A DNA stretch of 39,856 nucleotides from a virus (taxonomy: Duplodnaviria > Caudoviricetes): positions 1 to 39,856 of IMG/VR virus record IMGVR_UViG_3300037585_001948, one strand, 5' to 3'. The notes below the pieces were generated by a model. The model saw nothing but the letters and a program-made list of their open reading frames with translations. It did not search any database and was not told the origin of the DNA. Of this stretch, positions 15,401 through 23,031 are shown piece after piece. A program made the position numbers and the translations under genes. How positions within the stretch are numbered: position 1 is the stretch's first letter; every line of letters starts with the position of its first letter.

Positions 15401-17937
15401 TTAACTGCAACCGCCCCTTCAATTAAATTTTTTAACTGAGTATCAATTTTCCCTATCTCTTTATCTATCTTTCCTCTTAACTCAGGAGCAATGGCTTCTC
15501 TTTGTCTTTGTAAGATGGCTTTATTATATAACAAACCTACAGCTTTTTTTCGACTTTCTGTGTCGAGGTCTTGAGGTACTTTAGGTACTATACCTCTTAT
15601 GTCTTGTACTGCATCTAACAAAGACTGCCCTTCTGCTTTATTAATATCACCCTTGTTAATATCATTTTTAATTTTTTGAACATATGCTTTATAGAAAGTA
15701 CCATCATTACTTATATCTTCAAAAGTTTCAAACATAGGATCGGATATGGCTGTATAATCTTTACCAACATAACCCGCAGCAACTGCAGGAACTGTACTCA
15801 TTACCCAACCACCAACAGCTTCTTGTGCTCCAGCATACATAATTTGTCCAATAGCATCTCTAACTGATTCAGGTGTTTGAAACATGTCTTTCTCTTTGAT
15901 TTCATTGTAAATCACTTTACCACTGATATCAGCTATCTCTTGAGCAACACCAGTTTCAAATTCTGCTAATCCACCTGCCCCAATAATAAGAACTCCTTTT
16001 GCTATATCACTTTCTATTTCATTTAATACCACTTGTCTAAATGTCAATCCTTGAGTTTGATGTGCACCTTTATATTTTTGTAATCCTTTTAAGACATATT
16101 TATTTAGTAAACCTTTTTGATTCATTACATTCCTCAAACCAAAATACTCTAAAGCTCCTACTGTAACTGCAATTGGAAGGCTTACTGCTTTTCTTTCTGC
16201 TTCACTAATATCTGCAAAGTCAGGATCTCTCATCATTTCATCTCGTAAATGACTATCTACTTGTGCAAACATTTTTGCTGTTCTTCCTACCCAACCACCT
16301 GGTCCAATAAAAGCTGGAAGAGATTCGGCAAGTCCTAACCATGCTCCACCCCAAAATCCTTCTCTCATCATATCACTATATTCAGCAGTAGTGGATTCAT
16401 TACCAATAGCCATCATATATCCCTCTCTAACTAAATTCATCATACCATCTTCAGTAAGCTTACCAATATTATCTTTTAGGTATGAATCAGAGTATCTTGT
16501 TCCAGCATCGAGTTGTTTAGTAGTTATTGAACCATCATCATTAAATTCTATGTTATCATACTTACTGCTTTTTAATACTCTGTCTTCGATATAAGCATTT
16601 ATTTCACTTATTTGTTCGGGAGAAAAAGATTGTTTAAATGCTTCAAAACTTTCAAAAGGTTCTTTTATATCATCAGGATTAAAGAAACCTAACTCTTCAG
16701 CTCTCTTAGCAAATGACTTTTCATATTGAGGTTGACCAAGCATCATGCTAAATGGCATAGCATTTACCATAGCAGTAATACCATAGTCTATATAACTCTC
16801 AGACATTCTTGATATACCATAAGTAATACCATTCCATGTAGCTCCTAAGAAACTACCCTTTTTAGCTTTCATCTCAGAGTATTTACCCACCAACATATCT
16901 ATCTCATACCCTCTATTTGTTAGTGACGCATCCTGTGCATACAAATCTGCTTTTTCACCATCTAACATTACTCTTGCTTGTTCTAAGTCTTTTAAGAATC
17001 TTTGACCAATATCTGTATTGATTTGTTCTTGAGTTAGACTGTCTGCTTGTGCCTTTTTTTGTAGATATACTCTTCTCTTTTTTATATAAGCTTGTACTCT
17101 GTTATTAAATGCTTCTGCTTCAATGTTTAGTATTTTAAACTGGTTTTCAACTTCGGCATCACTTTGAAGTAATCTGTCTTTTACTGCTAAATTTTTTTCG
17201 GTTTTTTCAAACCTGGTATCTACCTTTTGATACTTTCTAATAAAGTCTTGGATATCTTTTGCAGCTTGAAGGTTTTTTGCTTCATCTTTGTTATCTACCT
17301 TAACTTTGATTTCGTAAGGCTTACCAGTGGTAGGATCGATTTGGTCTGAAGAAATTTTAACGAAGTCCCTAAATATTTCTGCTTGGTCAAACTTAAAGCC
17401 ATATCTTTCAAATCTGTAGGCTAAGTCAGGAACTAACTCTTCCTCATCTTGTGCTAATAATTCGGGTGTAATATTGTTAAGTGCATTCTCAAAAGGATCT
17501 GCACTTATCTTTTGTTCCTCTTGTTGTAGCTCATCATATTCTTGGAATGTTTCTTTGTCTACTTCTCCTTCATTTATACTAAATGATTCCTCATCAAATT
17601 CAATACTTTCTCCTTCTGAAGGTTGGGAAACAGAAGGTATAGAGGGTGACACTGTACCCTGTTCTTCCGAATCTTCCCCAAGTCCAGCATCGTCCATGCT
17701 TTCTGATATAGGATCGTCGGGAGATAAATCTTTTTTTTTTACCTTCTCAATGAAAAGGTCTAAGGTGTATCTTTTTTGAAATGTGGGGTCTTTCTTTGCT
17801 ATCCACTCATACATCTTTACTGCATACTCTTCATTATCCATATTGGTAACGAAGTCTTCCAGCTTGTATCTTCCACTAAAAGAACTATCCTTTGAGTCTA
17901 TCCATCCATAAAGTTGTTCTAAATATTTATTATTCAT
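9433..17937 (-). CDS. giant polyvalent candidate ejection/internal virion protein (zincin HExxH, wHTH, N6/N4 DNA methyltransferase)
   Basis: Last large gene of the podoviral structural arm; Gly/Ala-rich hydrophobic segments; HEMFH plus EEKLAE; FDMIFLDPPY...KPVALLEAII...LDPFAGSGST. Confidence 0.8.
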   Translation of the reverse strand: MNNKYLEQLYGWIDSKDSSFSGRYKLEDFVTNMDNEEYAVKMYEWIAKKDPTFQKRYTLDLFIEKVKKKDLSPDDPISESMDDAGLGEDSEEQGTVSPSIPSVSQPSEGESIEFDEESFSINEGEVDKETFQEYDELQQEEQKISADPFENALNNITPELLAQDEEELVPDLAYRFERYGFKFDQAEIFRDFVKISSDQIDPTTGKPYEIKVKVDNKDEAKNLQAAKDIQDFIRKYQKVDTRFEKTEKNLAVKDRLLQSDAEVENQFKILNIEAEAFNNRVQAYIKKRRVYLQKKAQADSLTQEQINTDIGQRFLKDLEQARVMLDGEKADLYAQDASLTNRGYEIDMLVGKYSEMKAKKGSFLGATWNGITYGISRMSESYIDYGITAMVNAMPFSMMLGQPQYEKSFAKRAEELGFFNPDDIKEPFESFEAFKQSFSPEQISEINAYIEDRVLKSSKYDNIEFNDDGSITTKQLDAGTRYSDSYLKDNIGKLTEDGMMNLVREGYMMAIGNESTTAEYSDMMREGFWGGAWLGLAESLPAFIGPGGWVGRTAKMFAQVDSHLRDEMMRDPDFADISEAERKAVSLPIAVTVGALEYFGLRNVMNQKGLLNKYVLKGLQKYKGAHQTQGLTFRQVVLNEIESDIAKGVLIIGAGGLAEFETGVAQEIADISGKVIYNEIKEKDMFQTPESVRDAIGQIMYAGAQEAVGGWVMSTVPAVAAGYVGKDYTAISDPMFETFEDISNDGTFYKAYVQKIKNDINKGDINKAEGQSLLDAVQDIRGIVPKVPQDLDTESRKKAVGLLYNKAILQRQREAIAPELRGKIDKEIGKIDTQLKNLIEGAVAVKGTEANIEQEEEITDTQAKQYIEKENKTRVKLGLPPIKMSPKSIEEAKVELKKQRDASKEQSPVQETGEVESQSTEEVAEGVPDPVSESTGTSNQKGKGKVTPKKEAEIEEEVGDIQEFVGETETETEGDVVTPTTELGVQEEVDIETENVTKDGKVKRSKSTTPIETEVEGKFDGIVKFATRAAKAVKRILPKVNIVLHESSENFQKATGKTGRGFYNPTDQTIHVDLTKGSNRTVAHEMFHALLLNSVKTNAQARELTKRMVKAVAKAKGLTKEQKQKIDNFIKNYDTDIQNEEKLAEILGVLADGYTKLDAPTKSRIRQWVEKIAAKLGLDISSFTQSDQDIVDLMNTVAQKIRTGETITQKDVKALKPKKKTQKQKVKDVLGKVEVATIKQITEITGLPEPTVRRILGQGAKSGELSRVAAGVYTLKTKDGKTAAVVQGANALAEIKKLVKEGAKFDMIFLDPPYIIPGARGGNRNLTKYKLISPEQFNEFVGDVVKLLQNPDTPVFFMFSASKSNKKQLAKYYDAFTKNGLKPSSVAAQFGKLDKQGKPKQMFGIPLKEWIFAFSQSGNQRTDMDFSFDREYAFGQDSNYQTAKPVALLEAIIKASTKAGELILDPFAGSGSTAKAAVKTGRSVVTIEENVEQAENIKKEVKQEQQKKKEKGDQLDIFEGREQKESKPIADRYMMSARGFINPRALFDTSKLRRELENIGMRLGTARNEFTGEITGYYFQKVSKRGKPYFYNPYGRQQKDIDKAGSGISNIAELIVKLRETNFNPEAIKKYLLEKKKIATNVVNKLTDASTFVLSRMPESFQKLKGGFLTGVRLFEKISKYKDRLTNTNLTSYGKSIVELQQELEVLQSQKNKKRAIAAKQKEIDNLKAKNPGAKIYKLTNTEIMTKTIEFMRKQPEYIAVKDKKGLSVLQAQMEMQLEKSFYQAPTKDMANQIRLARAVVNMQTKNVKSLERVKSALRNFIRVVFPADMYTKPETLKLVQEVQNATLENIKEVKSKLMDMATTKIVKGLESKIEKLLNKDFAKVEGGRLKAKLVDSQTIKLLEQVKSIFSNVRNIKDNPKKIEALIQKNLDRIGKLQSQSLQNENTFAEIAALEMINDYANTQLEEDSSFEKVAGLNRVFEQLNETVNEGRNTLETQKRRRYHRYLRDIEIAWESITGNKIEMLVPNTNYDPQLPETKSNLKMVVNPDAKNIMKEFQNLTDAKKRQAKSLPARMVNSITGWIKRNQIANIMDLTTLVEYITKTPGRIFGGPFQDITARLVDDASIVHKGFQMEDRAEIETNLQEIYGKGWIGKMENDSLLRDTGIATDLDKYNKAKAEYNRNKTPENKIKMEALQLHLSPYQMAYHLNQYRDPANHASYEAKYGKDYKRVMKEMREYMEANNSEALVLADYMVEQAYPRLYERYNKTYRAVYGMDLPWSKNYGGQIFREGVEPGEINLLADGGGAFAGMAAPSSSKVRSKNKIPIRDMDLMRSFIAYQEQMNWFAAYAPSLNRINKLFRNPNISEAIESQYPDGFYNMILNQIETLNTKGISSTRSEQWLNIATTYFVVGRLGVNPTIFLKQLVSFPTYANDIGYRNWSKNAALSIGEIRTLIKEIMNNSVYIQDRYGKAIIKNLENFVPSSDFESKLTTGTFQKILDGTMWLVKQGDKGAILIGGVPLYKYHKNKIRKENPGLTEQQVIDRAIREFEIATRQTQQSTDLQNRDYTQTRGIFQRTMNMFKTSIRSYLRKEIIYGRNMYKIIRSFGKEGRGTFGQNLRGLFTYHVVLPVFFQYLSAGLPGVLAPWDDEDKTDLTRAALIGNLNALFVMGDILAMFADAITGKPWEADVTDIPFIEQMELLANLVKRIETTEDEEKRKELYQKFFMEDLPGFFGLNLKSLKRYKKNIEQIMKDSSDPKEVLLRLFNFSEFQIKSDEERKRKKPKKMSKSDLKKYFPELYKQIEEKRKMPDDVQDQIDKIKREQKRLREEALEKSS
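15075..15236 (-). CDS. nested 53-aa highly basic protein (MPVKSKAQFRK...), +1 frame inside the giant gene
   Basis: Hand translation from ATG 15236 to TAG 15075-15077; A-rich upstream region; local GC enrichment; recalled resemblance to small phage MPFKSKAQ...LPERV proteins. Confidence 0.6.
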   Translation of the reverse strand: MPVKSKAQFRKLAKSNPNLLKKWLKEYPTQYQSLPERVTKKAKVKLPRRKRRK

Positions 17938-17939
17938 AT

Positions 17940-19976
17940 CTATGGTGCTTGATCATCATCTTTTTTCTTTTTCCCTTTATTCTGATTAGCCTGTGTAAAT
18001 ATATCTTGCATTACTTCATCCATCGCTGCCATGATGTTATTAGTTCCATTAGGGGATGTCTTACTGTTAAATATAAATGACCTTGTATTTGTAGCACCAT
18101 TATATGGATTCGTATATGTTATAGTAAATTCATTATTACCACCTGATAAATCTGTACCAGTTATCGTGAAGTCACTTGCTACCATATCTATACCAGATTT
18201 TTCTAAAGCACTCTGCAGTTCACTTGGTATTACGGTTTTCAATTCAGCCAACTGTCCACTATAACTTGAAGAAATTAACTTCTCGTTTATCTTATCTTCA
18301 TAGGTCATTGCTACTGGATCGCCTCCACCCTTAGGTATACTTGCTGTTGATTGCTCATTAAATGGTTTGTGGTTCTTCTCAGTATATGCAGGAACATTAG
18401 TTCGGGTTTCATCACCAAAGTATGTCCCTTCTTCGAAATCAAAACTAAACCCTGATTCGTTAGCTCTTCTTTCTAAATCATCATAAGATAAATCAGTGTA
18501 GTCATTCGGTCTCAACTCAGTATTAAGTTTTTGATAAATTACTGAATCACTTATCTTTTCATCTGTGTATTGATCATTCTCATCTTTTTTGTATCTATCT
18601 ATAGTTTTTGTAGTTTCATTACCATCCTCATCTACAAAAGTTACTGTAATAAAGTTTTTCTCTCTTGTTATATCAGTAATCTGTACTCCTTCTCCATCCT
18701 TACCTAATCTTTTGTTAGCTCTATCTTTCAAGTCTTCAACTGATGCACTGAAATCACCTTCACCACCTCCAACAATATTCTTTAAGTCTTGGAAGTAACC
18801 TCCAATGTTTTCATTTGTTGATGCTTCACTTTTATCTATAGATGATTCATCTGGTTCATAACTTACATTTGTCTTCTCCACCTTCTTACCTAACATTATT
18901 TCTAAATTGTCAGATACATTATCTTCAATTTTAGTTATAGCCTCATCTCTTGCAGCAGCACTACTAAACTCATATGTCATACCATCCGCCGCATCAGGAT
19001 TTATTTTAATAAAATATTTTAAGTCAGTACCACCTTTAGCTTTGAACTCATCTTCACTCATTGCCATAATGTAATTACCATCTAATGTAGCGATGGTATT
19101 AGCAATACCTTTTTCACCTTCTGCAGTTAGTTTTTCAAAAACAATACTTTTTATATCATCAAAATCTGCCTTTATATCTGGATCACTTTCCATCAATCTC
19201 ACTCCTTCTTCACTCAATACATATGTTCCATCTCTATTTGTTCCTATATATTTTATTAATTTTTCATTGATAAAAGTACCAACTTGATCGGCAAAACCTT
19301 TAGCAACATCTGAAACCACATATTGATTTCTGTCATTAGTATAATTCATTATAGACCTGGCATTGTTTATAGCCATAAACTTTTCAGGATTTTTAGTAAA
19401 ATCAGGTATACTTCCATCCTCATTTATCTTATACATAAATGCATTCATAGTAACTGGATCAATATATAGCTTGGTGTTTTTTAGTTTACCATATCCACTT
19501 GCAGAGTTAAATACCGCTATCTCATCGGGAGCTGCTAATATCTCTCCATTTTCTCCTACTGCCAACCTCTCAGTGTGAGCATTGTAAGAAGTCCCTAATT
19601 CTTTAGTAATAATATTTAACTCAGACATTTGTCCTTTGACTCTTTCCATCTGAGTTTTATATTCTGTAACAGAGATTGATCCTTTTTTTAATAAACTATT
19701 ATATGTAGATAATGCTTTACGAATTTGATTTGCAGAGGATATAACTTCATCACTCCACTTTCCATCCTGGTTGACTTCAACTTCTGCTAACTGATCGTAT
19801 AAAGATTGAGTTCTCTCATCAATATCAGCTTTTATGTTTTCTCTACGAGTAGCCTCATCTGTAAACAGTTTGGTTACTTTAGTAGACATCTCTTCCCAAT
19901 TCACATAGGAATCAGGACCTCTTTCTACATACTTCTGATAATCTGCAGGTTGAAAATTTTTTTCTGATATTGCCAT
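17940..19976 (-). CDS. candidate internal virion/ejection protein
   Basis: 678 aa, acidic, helical N-terminus; lies between the small pilot-like and giant genes (T7 gp14/15/16-like order). Confidence 0.55.
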   Translation of the reverse strand: MAISEKNFQPADYQKYVERGPDSYVNWEEMSTKVTKLFTDEATRRENIKADIDERTQSLYDQLAEVEVNQDGKWSDEVISSANQIRKALSTYNSLLKKGSISVTEYKTQMERVKGQMSELNIITKELGTSYNAHTERLAVGENGEILAAPDEIAVFNSASGYGKLKNTKLYIDPVTMNAFMYKINEDGSIPDFTKNPEKFMAINNARSIMNYTNDRNQYVVSDVAKGFADQVGTFINEKLIKYIGTNRDGTYVLSEEGVRLMESDPDIKADFDDIKSIVFEKLTAEGEKGIANTIATLDGNYIMAMSEDEFKAKGGTDLKYFIKINPDAADGMTYEFSSAAARDEAITKIEDNVSDNLEIMLGKKVEKTNVSYEPDESSIDKSEASTNENIGGYFQDLKNIVGGGEGDFSASVEDLKDRANKRLGKDGEGVQITDITREKNFITVTFVDEDGNETTKTIDRYKKDENDQYTDEKISDSVIYQKLNTELRPNDYTDLSYDDLERRANESGFSFDFEEGTYFGDETRTNVPAYTEKNHKPFNEQSTASIPKGGGDPVAMTYEDKINEKLISSSYSGQLAELKTVIPSELQSALEKSGIDMVASDFTITGTDLSGGNNEFTITYTNPYNGATNTRSFIFNSKTSPNGTNNIMAAMDEVMQDIFTQANQNKGKKKKDDDQAP

Positions 19977-19987
19977 AAAATCTTTTT

Positions 19988-20605
19988 TTAACTACCCATG
20001 TATTTCAACAGTGCATCTAACTCTTCAGGTGTCAATTCTTTTTTGTCACCATATAGTTTACTTGTTGCACCAGCCACACCGACTAATCCTTTACCCGCTT
20101 GTGAAATACCTTGTTGTAAACTTTGGGCTGCTATTTCTTCTTTATCTGCAGCTTTCATTTCAGCATCTTTAGCTGCACCTACATCCATTGCTATAAGTTG
20201 TTGCTTTATGTTTTCTTTTGAAGTAGCTTTCGTTTGATCTAAACCAAATAAAGCTTCTGCTTTATCTATTCTTGTTTTCTCTGTAGCCTCATTAACTTGG
20301 CCAGTTATATTTCCAATACCAGCAGCAAGGGTTCTTGCATCTCCTTCTTGTAAAGCTTGTATACCAGCAGTAGCCGCTTGATTGGTTTGTCTATATTGTT
20401 CATTAAATGCATCTAATGGAACTTGAAGTTTTTCGTACACATCTTTCTGTGCATCTCTTCGAGCTTGAGCCATTAATCTATCTGCTTTTTTTTGTGCATC
20501 TGCAGCTTGTTTAGATGCTTTTGCGGACTGACCAAAAGACATAAGCCCACCACCCAAAGATGTGGCTGCTCCGATACCCGCTGCTATTGTAGTAAATCCT
20601 GCCAT
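19988..20605 (-). CDS. candidate small ejection/pilot protein
   Basis: Gly/Ala-rich hydrophobic N-terminus (MAGFTTIAAGIGAATSLGGGLMS) followed by Ala/Gln coiled coil. Confidence 0.65.
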   Translation of the reverse strand: MAGFTTIAAGIGAATSLGGGLMSFGQSAKASKQAADAQKKADRLMAQARRDAQKDVYEKLQVPLDAFNEQYRQTNQAATAGIQALQEGDARTLAAGIGNITGQVNEATEKTRIDKAEALFGLDQTKATSKENIKQQLIAMDVGAAKDAEMKAADKEEIAAQSLQQGISQAGKGLVGVAGATSKLYGDKKELTPEELDALLKYMGS

Positions 20606-20606
20606 T

Positions 20607-21017
20607 CTATATTCTTTTTATTAATTCGGTACTGTATGCATCACCTTGAGTATAACCTAATTCTTTATATATAGAAACTAAGCTTTTATTTTTAATGAGT
20701 GCATAACAAATATATTTACCTAATTGTTTTGTTCTTTCTTCTAATGCTAAAATTAATAATTTGATTGCAAGTTTTCTATTTTTCTTATCTTTATATTGAA
20801 AATTAGATACTATAAAATCTATCCATACAACATTTGAGTTGGTATTATATAAATAACCAGCTACAACTGGTGTGTCTTCATCATAAACCATCAGTCCCCC
20901 AGTACCATTCTCTGGTAAAAAATCTTGAGGTGGAGGTGTCCATCTCCAATCTTTCCACCACTTACATAATATTTCCTCATAGTCAGTGGTTTTGAGTGGA
21001 TGTATATTTAATTGCAT
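20607..21017 (-). CDS. GNAT-fold acetyltransferase-like protein
   Basis: PVVAGYLY...VWIDFIVSN...YKELGY pattern; position like T7 gp13. Confidence 0.6.
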   Translation of the reverse strand: MQLNIHPLKTTDYEEILCKWWKDWRWTPPPQDFLPENGTGGLMVYDEDTPVVAGYLYNTNSNVVWIDFIVSNFQYKDKKNRKLAIKLLILALEERTKQLGKYICYALIKNKSLVSIYKELGYTQGDAYSTELIKRI

Positions 21018-21024
21018 TATAAGA

Positions 21025-21032
21025 CAAAGATA
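21025..21032 (-). promoter_or_regulatory. Bacteroidota -7 element (TATCTTTG)
   Basis: Intergenic; 7 nt before the GNAT ATG. Confidence 0.6.
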
Positions 21033-21040
21033 ATAAAAAA

Positions 21041-21817
21041 CTATGGATAACTTTTCATCACACTACTTCCGACAGAATATAACTCAACTGGGACAGTTAG
21101 TGCATTAGATAAGGTAAACTCCATATAATATCCTCTTGCTCCATGTGATTCGGCTACACTATTTTTAATATATGCTATAAATGTATTAGGTGCTGGAACT
21201 ACTGCACCTGCTATTGTGGTATCTAAAGTTATACTAAAATCAGGAGCAGTATTATCTATTTCTATAATCTCCCCTGCTAAGGCTGGTGTACCAGTACCCG
21301 CATATGCTAAATCACCTATACTTATAATACTACCTACTGCAGATGCAAAACTCACTACAGTTGCTGCGGCAGGTCCTACCACTGTTGTACACTGCCCAAT
21401 ACCATTTGCAGATCTTTCTCTCCAATTTACAACACCATCATTGTTTCTAATAAATGTAAACCACTCTCCTTCTTTCTGTTCAAAGTATGTTCCTAACATA
21501 GAACCAGCACTTAAATCTGTAGCTAATTGAGTACAAGACCACGCTTGATTACTTTCGTAAGACATAGTTTTAAACAACTTAATATCTTTTATAGGTCTTG
21601 GGTTGAATACACTTGTTATAGTAGAAGCATAATCTTGCCCATAATATTCGTTTCTTGTATTATTGGTGTTGTGTCGATATAAATTACCTTCATTAAAAGA
21701 ATAAAAGTAACTATTCATTCCTATCATAAACTCAGGGTAAAACGAATAGAAGGATGGCCATCCACCTCTTCCATCGACTCCTGAATTATTTGTATATGTT
21801 AATGTATAAGTTGCCAT
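21041..21817 (-). CDS. tail protein equivalent to the C-terminal part of the crAss/P22-gp10-like stabilisation protein
   Basis: TLTY...GWPSFYSFYPE.M....FYSF..GNLYRHN...KLFKTMSYES...KEGEWF...RGYYMEFTL. Confidence 0.6.
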   Translation of the reverse strand: MATYTLTYTNNSGVDGRGGWPSFYSFYPEFMIGMNSYFYSFNEGNLYRHNTNNTRNEYYGQDYASTITSVFNPRPIKDIKLFKTMSYESNQAWSCTQLATDLSAGSMLGTYFEQKEGEWFTFIRNNDGVVNWRERSANGIGQCTTVVGPAAATVVSFASAVGSIISIGDLAYAGTGTPALAGEIIEIDNTAPDFSITLDTTIAGAVVPAPNTFIAYIKNSVAESHGARGYYMEFTLSNALTVPVELYSVGSSVMKSYP

Positions 21818-21821
21818 AATT

Positions 21822-23027
21822 TTAACAAGTTGATTGTGTTGTTACTTCTCCTGCACCTCCAGTTATTCTAATATAATATCTGTTTGGTGAAGTGCCACCT
21901 AAATAATAATAACCATCAGATAGTGCGGCAGTACCTTGTGGGTTTGAATATGCAAAGTCTCCAGTCGTTGGAAGTGCACCATTACCTGTATGATAGTAAG
22001 TTTGAGTTGGTACTCCAGGTGTTGGTCCTCCACACACATCATTAAAGACTCCTGATGAGCTTGATAAATAACTCGTAACACAAGGTGATATACCTCTACA
22101 TACTCCATCTGTAACATGCATATATCTATTTCCACTTATTTTATAATAATTATCTGCCGCGGTGTTTACACCATTAGCATCAGTAAATATCCAGTCAGTT
22201 GTCACCGGAGTACCTGGGCTACTACCACTCCCTACTGGCATATTGTAATAAGTATTAGTAGTTGCGTCTTGAGCACAAGCTAAATTACTTGATGCAGCTC
22301 CCGCACTTCCTTGAAAACTTGTTAGGGCTGCAGGACATTCTACTGCTATGCTCCAAGCTGTACCACTACAAGGTCCTTCAATAACAAAATCTACAGTCTC
22401 AGGTGTTGCATTAGGTTTTGGTACAACCATAATACAGTTACCAGGAGGATTATTTGTAAAGGTTACCCCTCCACCTGCTTGATTAGCATAAGGTCCTAAA
22501 GTTGCTGGTGTTCCTTGATTTACAAAAGTGTTACTACCTGCATCATATAAATAAGTTGTTCCAGTTGTTGTTTGATTATTACTACCATTTGCATTATCCA
22601 TAGTTAATGTACATGAAGCAGCAGAGCTTATTTTTCCTACAACACCTTGTAAATATCCTTCGCTTGATGTAGAATACTCGCTTTTTGTTGTTCCATCATA
22701 TGTCCAAGAACATTTGTCGGGCACTGATTGTGGATTAAATGTTACTTTTACTGCTCCTATTGAATTACCTAAATTCATAGATAATAAATATTTTCCAGTA
22801 CCACCATTACCATTTACACCACTACCACAGGGTACACTACAGGAAACACATGCTTGTGGTTGTAATAACACAGGATTACCAGGTCCACCGACTAATTGTC
22901 TTATAATGTCGTTTTGTTGATAATATCCATTAGGTGCTACTGTAGATAATGTAGCATCAGTGTAAAGCATAGTTGCATTAGCAAAGCTTGTTCCATCAAA
23001 ATAATATGTTCCTATAGTTCCAGCCAT
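21822..23027 (-). CDS. Cys/Gly/Thr-rich repeat tail appendage or adhesin-like protein
   Basis: Three TYY...YT/YS...G/NYY...C repeats; lies in the tail module. Confidence 0.65.
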   Translation of the reverse strand: MAGTIGTYYFDGTSFANATMLYTDATLSTVAPNGYYQQNDIIRQLVGGPGNPVLLQPQACVSCSVPCGSGVNGNGGTGKYLLSMNLGNSIGAVKVTFNPQSVPDKCSWTYDGTTKSEYSTSSEGYLQGVVGKISSAASCTLTMDNANGSNNQTTTGTTYLYDAGSNTFVNQGTPATLGPYANQAGGGVTFTNNPPGNCIMVVPKPNATPETVDFVIEGPCSGTAWSIAVECPAALTSFQGSAGAASSNLACAQDATTNTYYNMPVGSGSSPGTPVTTDWIFTDANGVNTAADNYYKISGNRYMHVTDGVCRGISPCVTSYLSSSSGVFNDVCGGPTPGVPTQTYYHTGNGALPTTGDFAYSNPQGTAALSDGYYYLGGTSPNRYYIRITGGAGEVTTQSTC

Positions 23028-23031
23028 AATT

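Noticed and set aside
9433-17937. Giant protein as a crAss-type virion RNA polymerase
   Set aside because: I found no DxDxD (DFDID-like) catalytic motif; the recognisable domains are zincin, wHTH and MTase, and host-type promoter elements are present.
9578-19578. Many + strand ORFs of 60-124 aa antisense to the ejection genes
   Set aside because: Ser/Phe/Leu/Ile-rich mirror translations of the coding strand, with no start context or motifs.
21899-22135. Alternative-frame ORF within the 401-aa tail gene (similarly 31725-31931, 6189-6452, 7237-7431)
   Set aside because: No motif, leader or compositional anomaly; lengths are compatible with chance.
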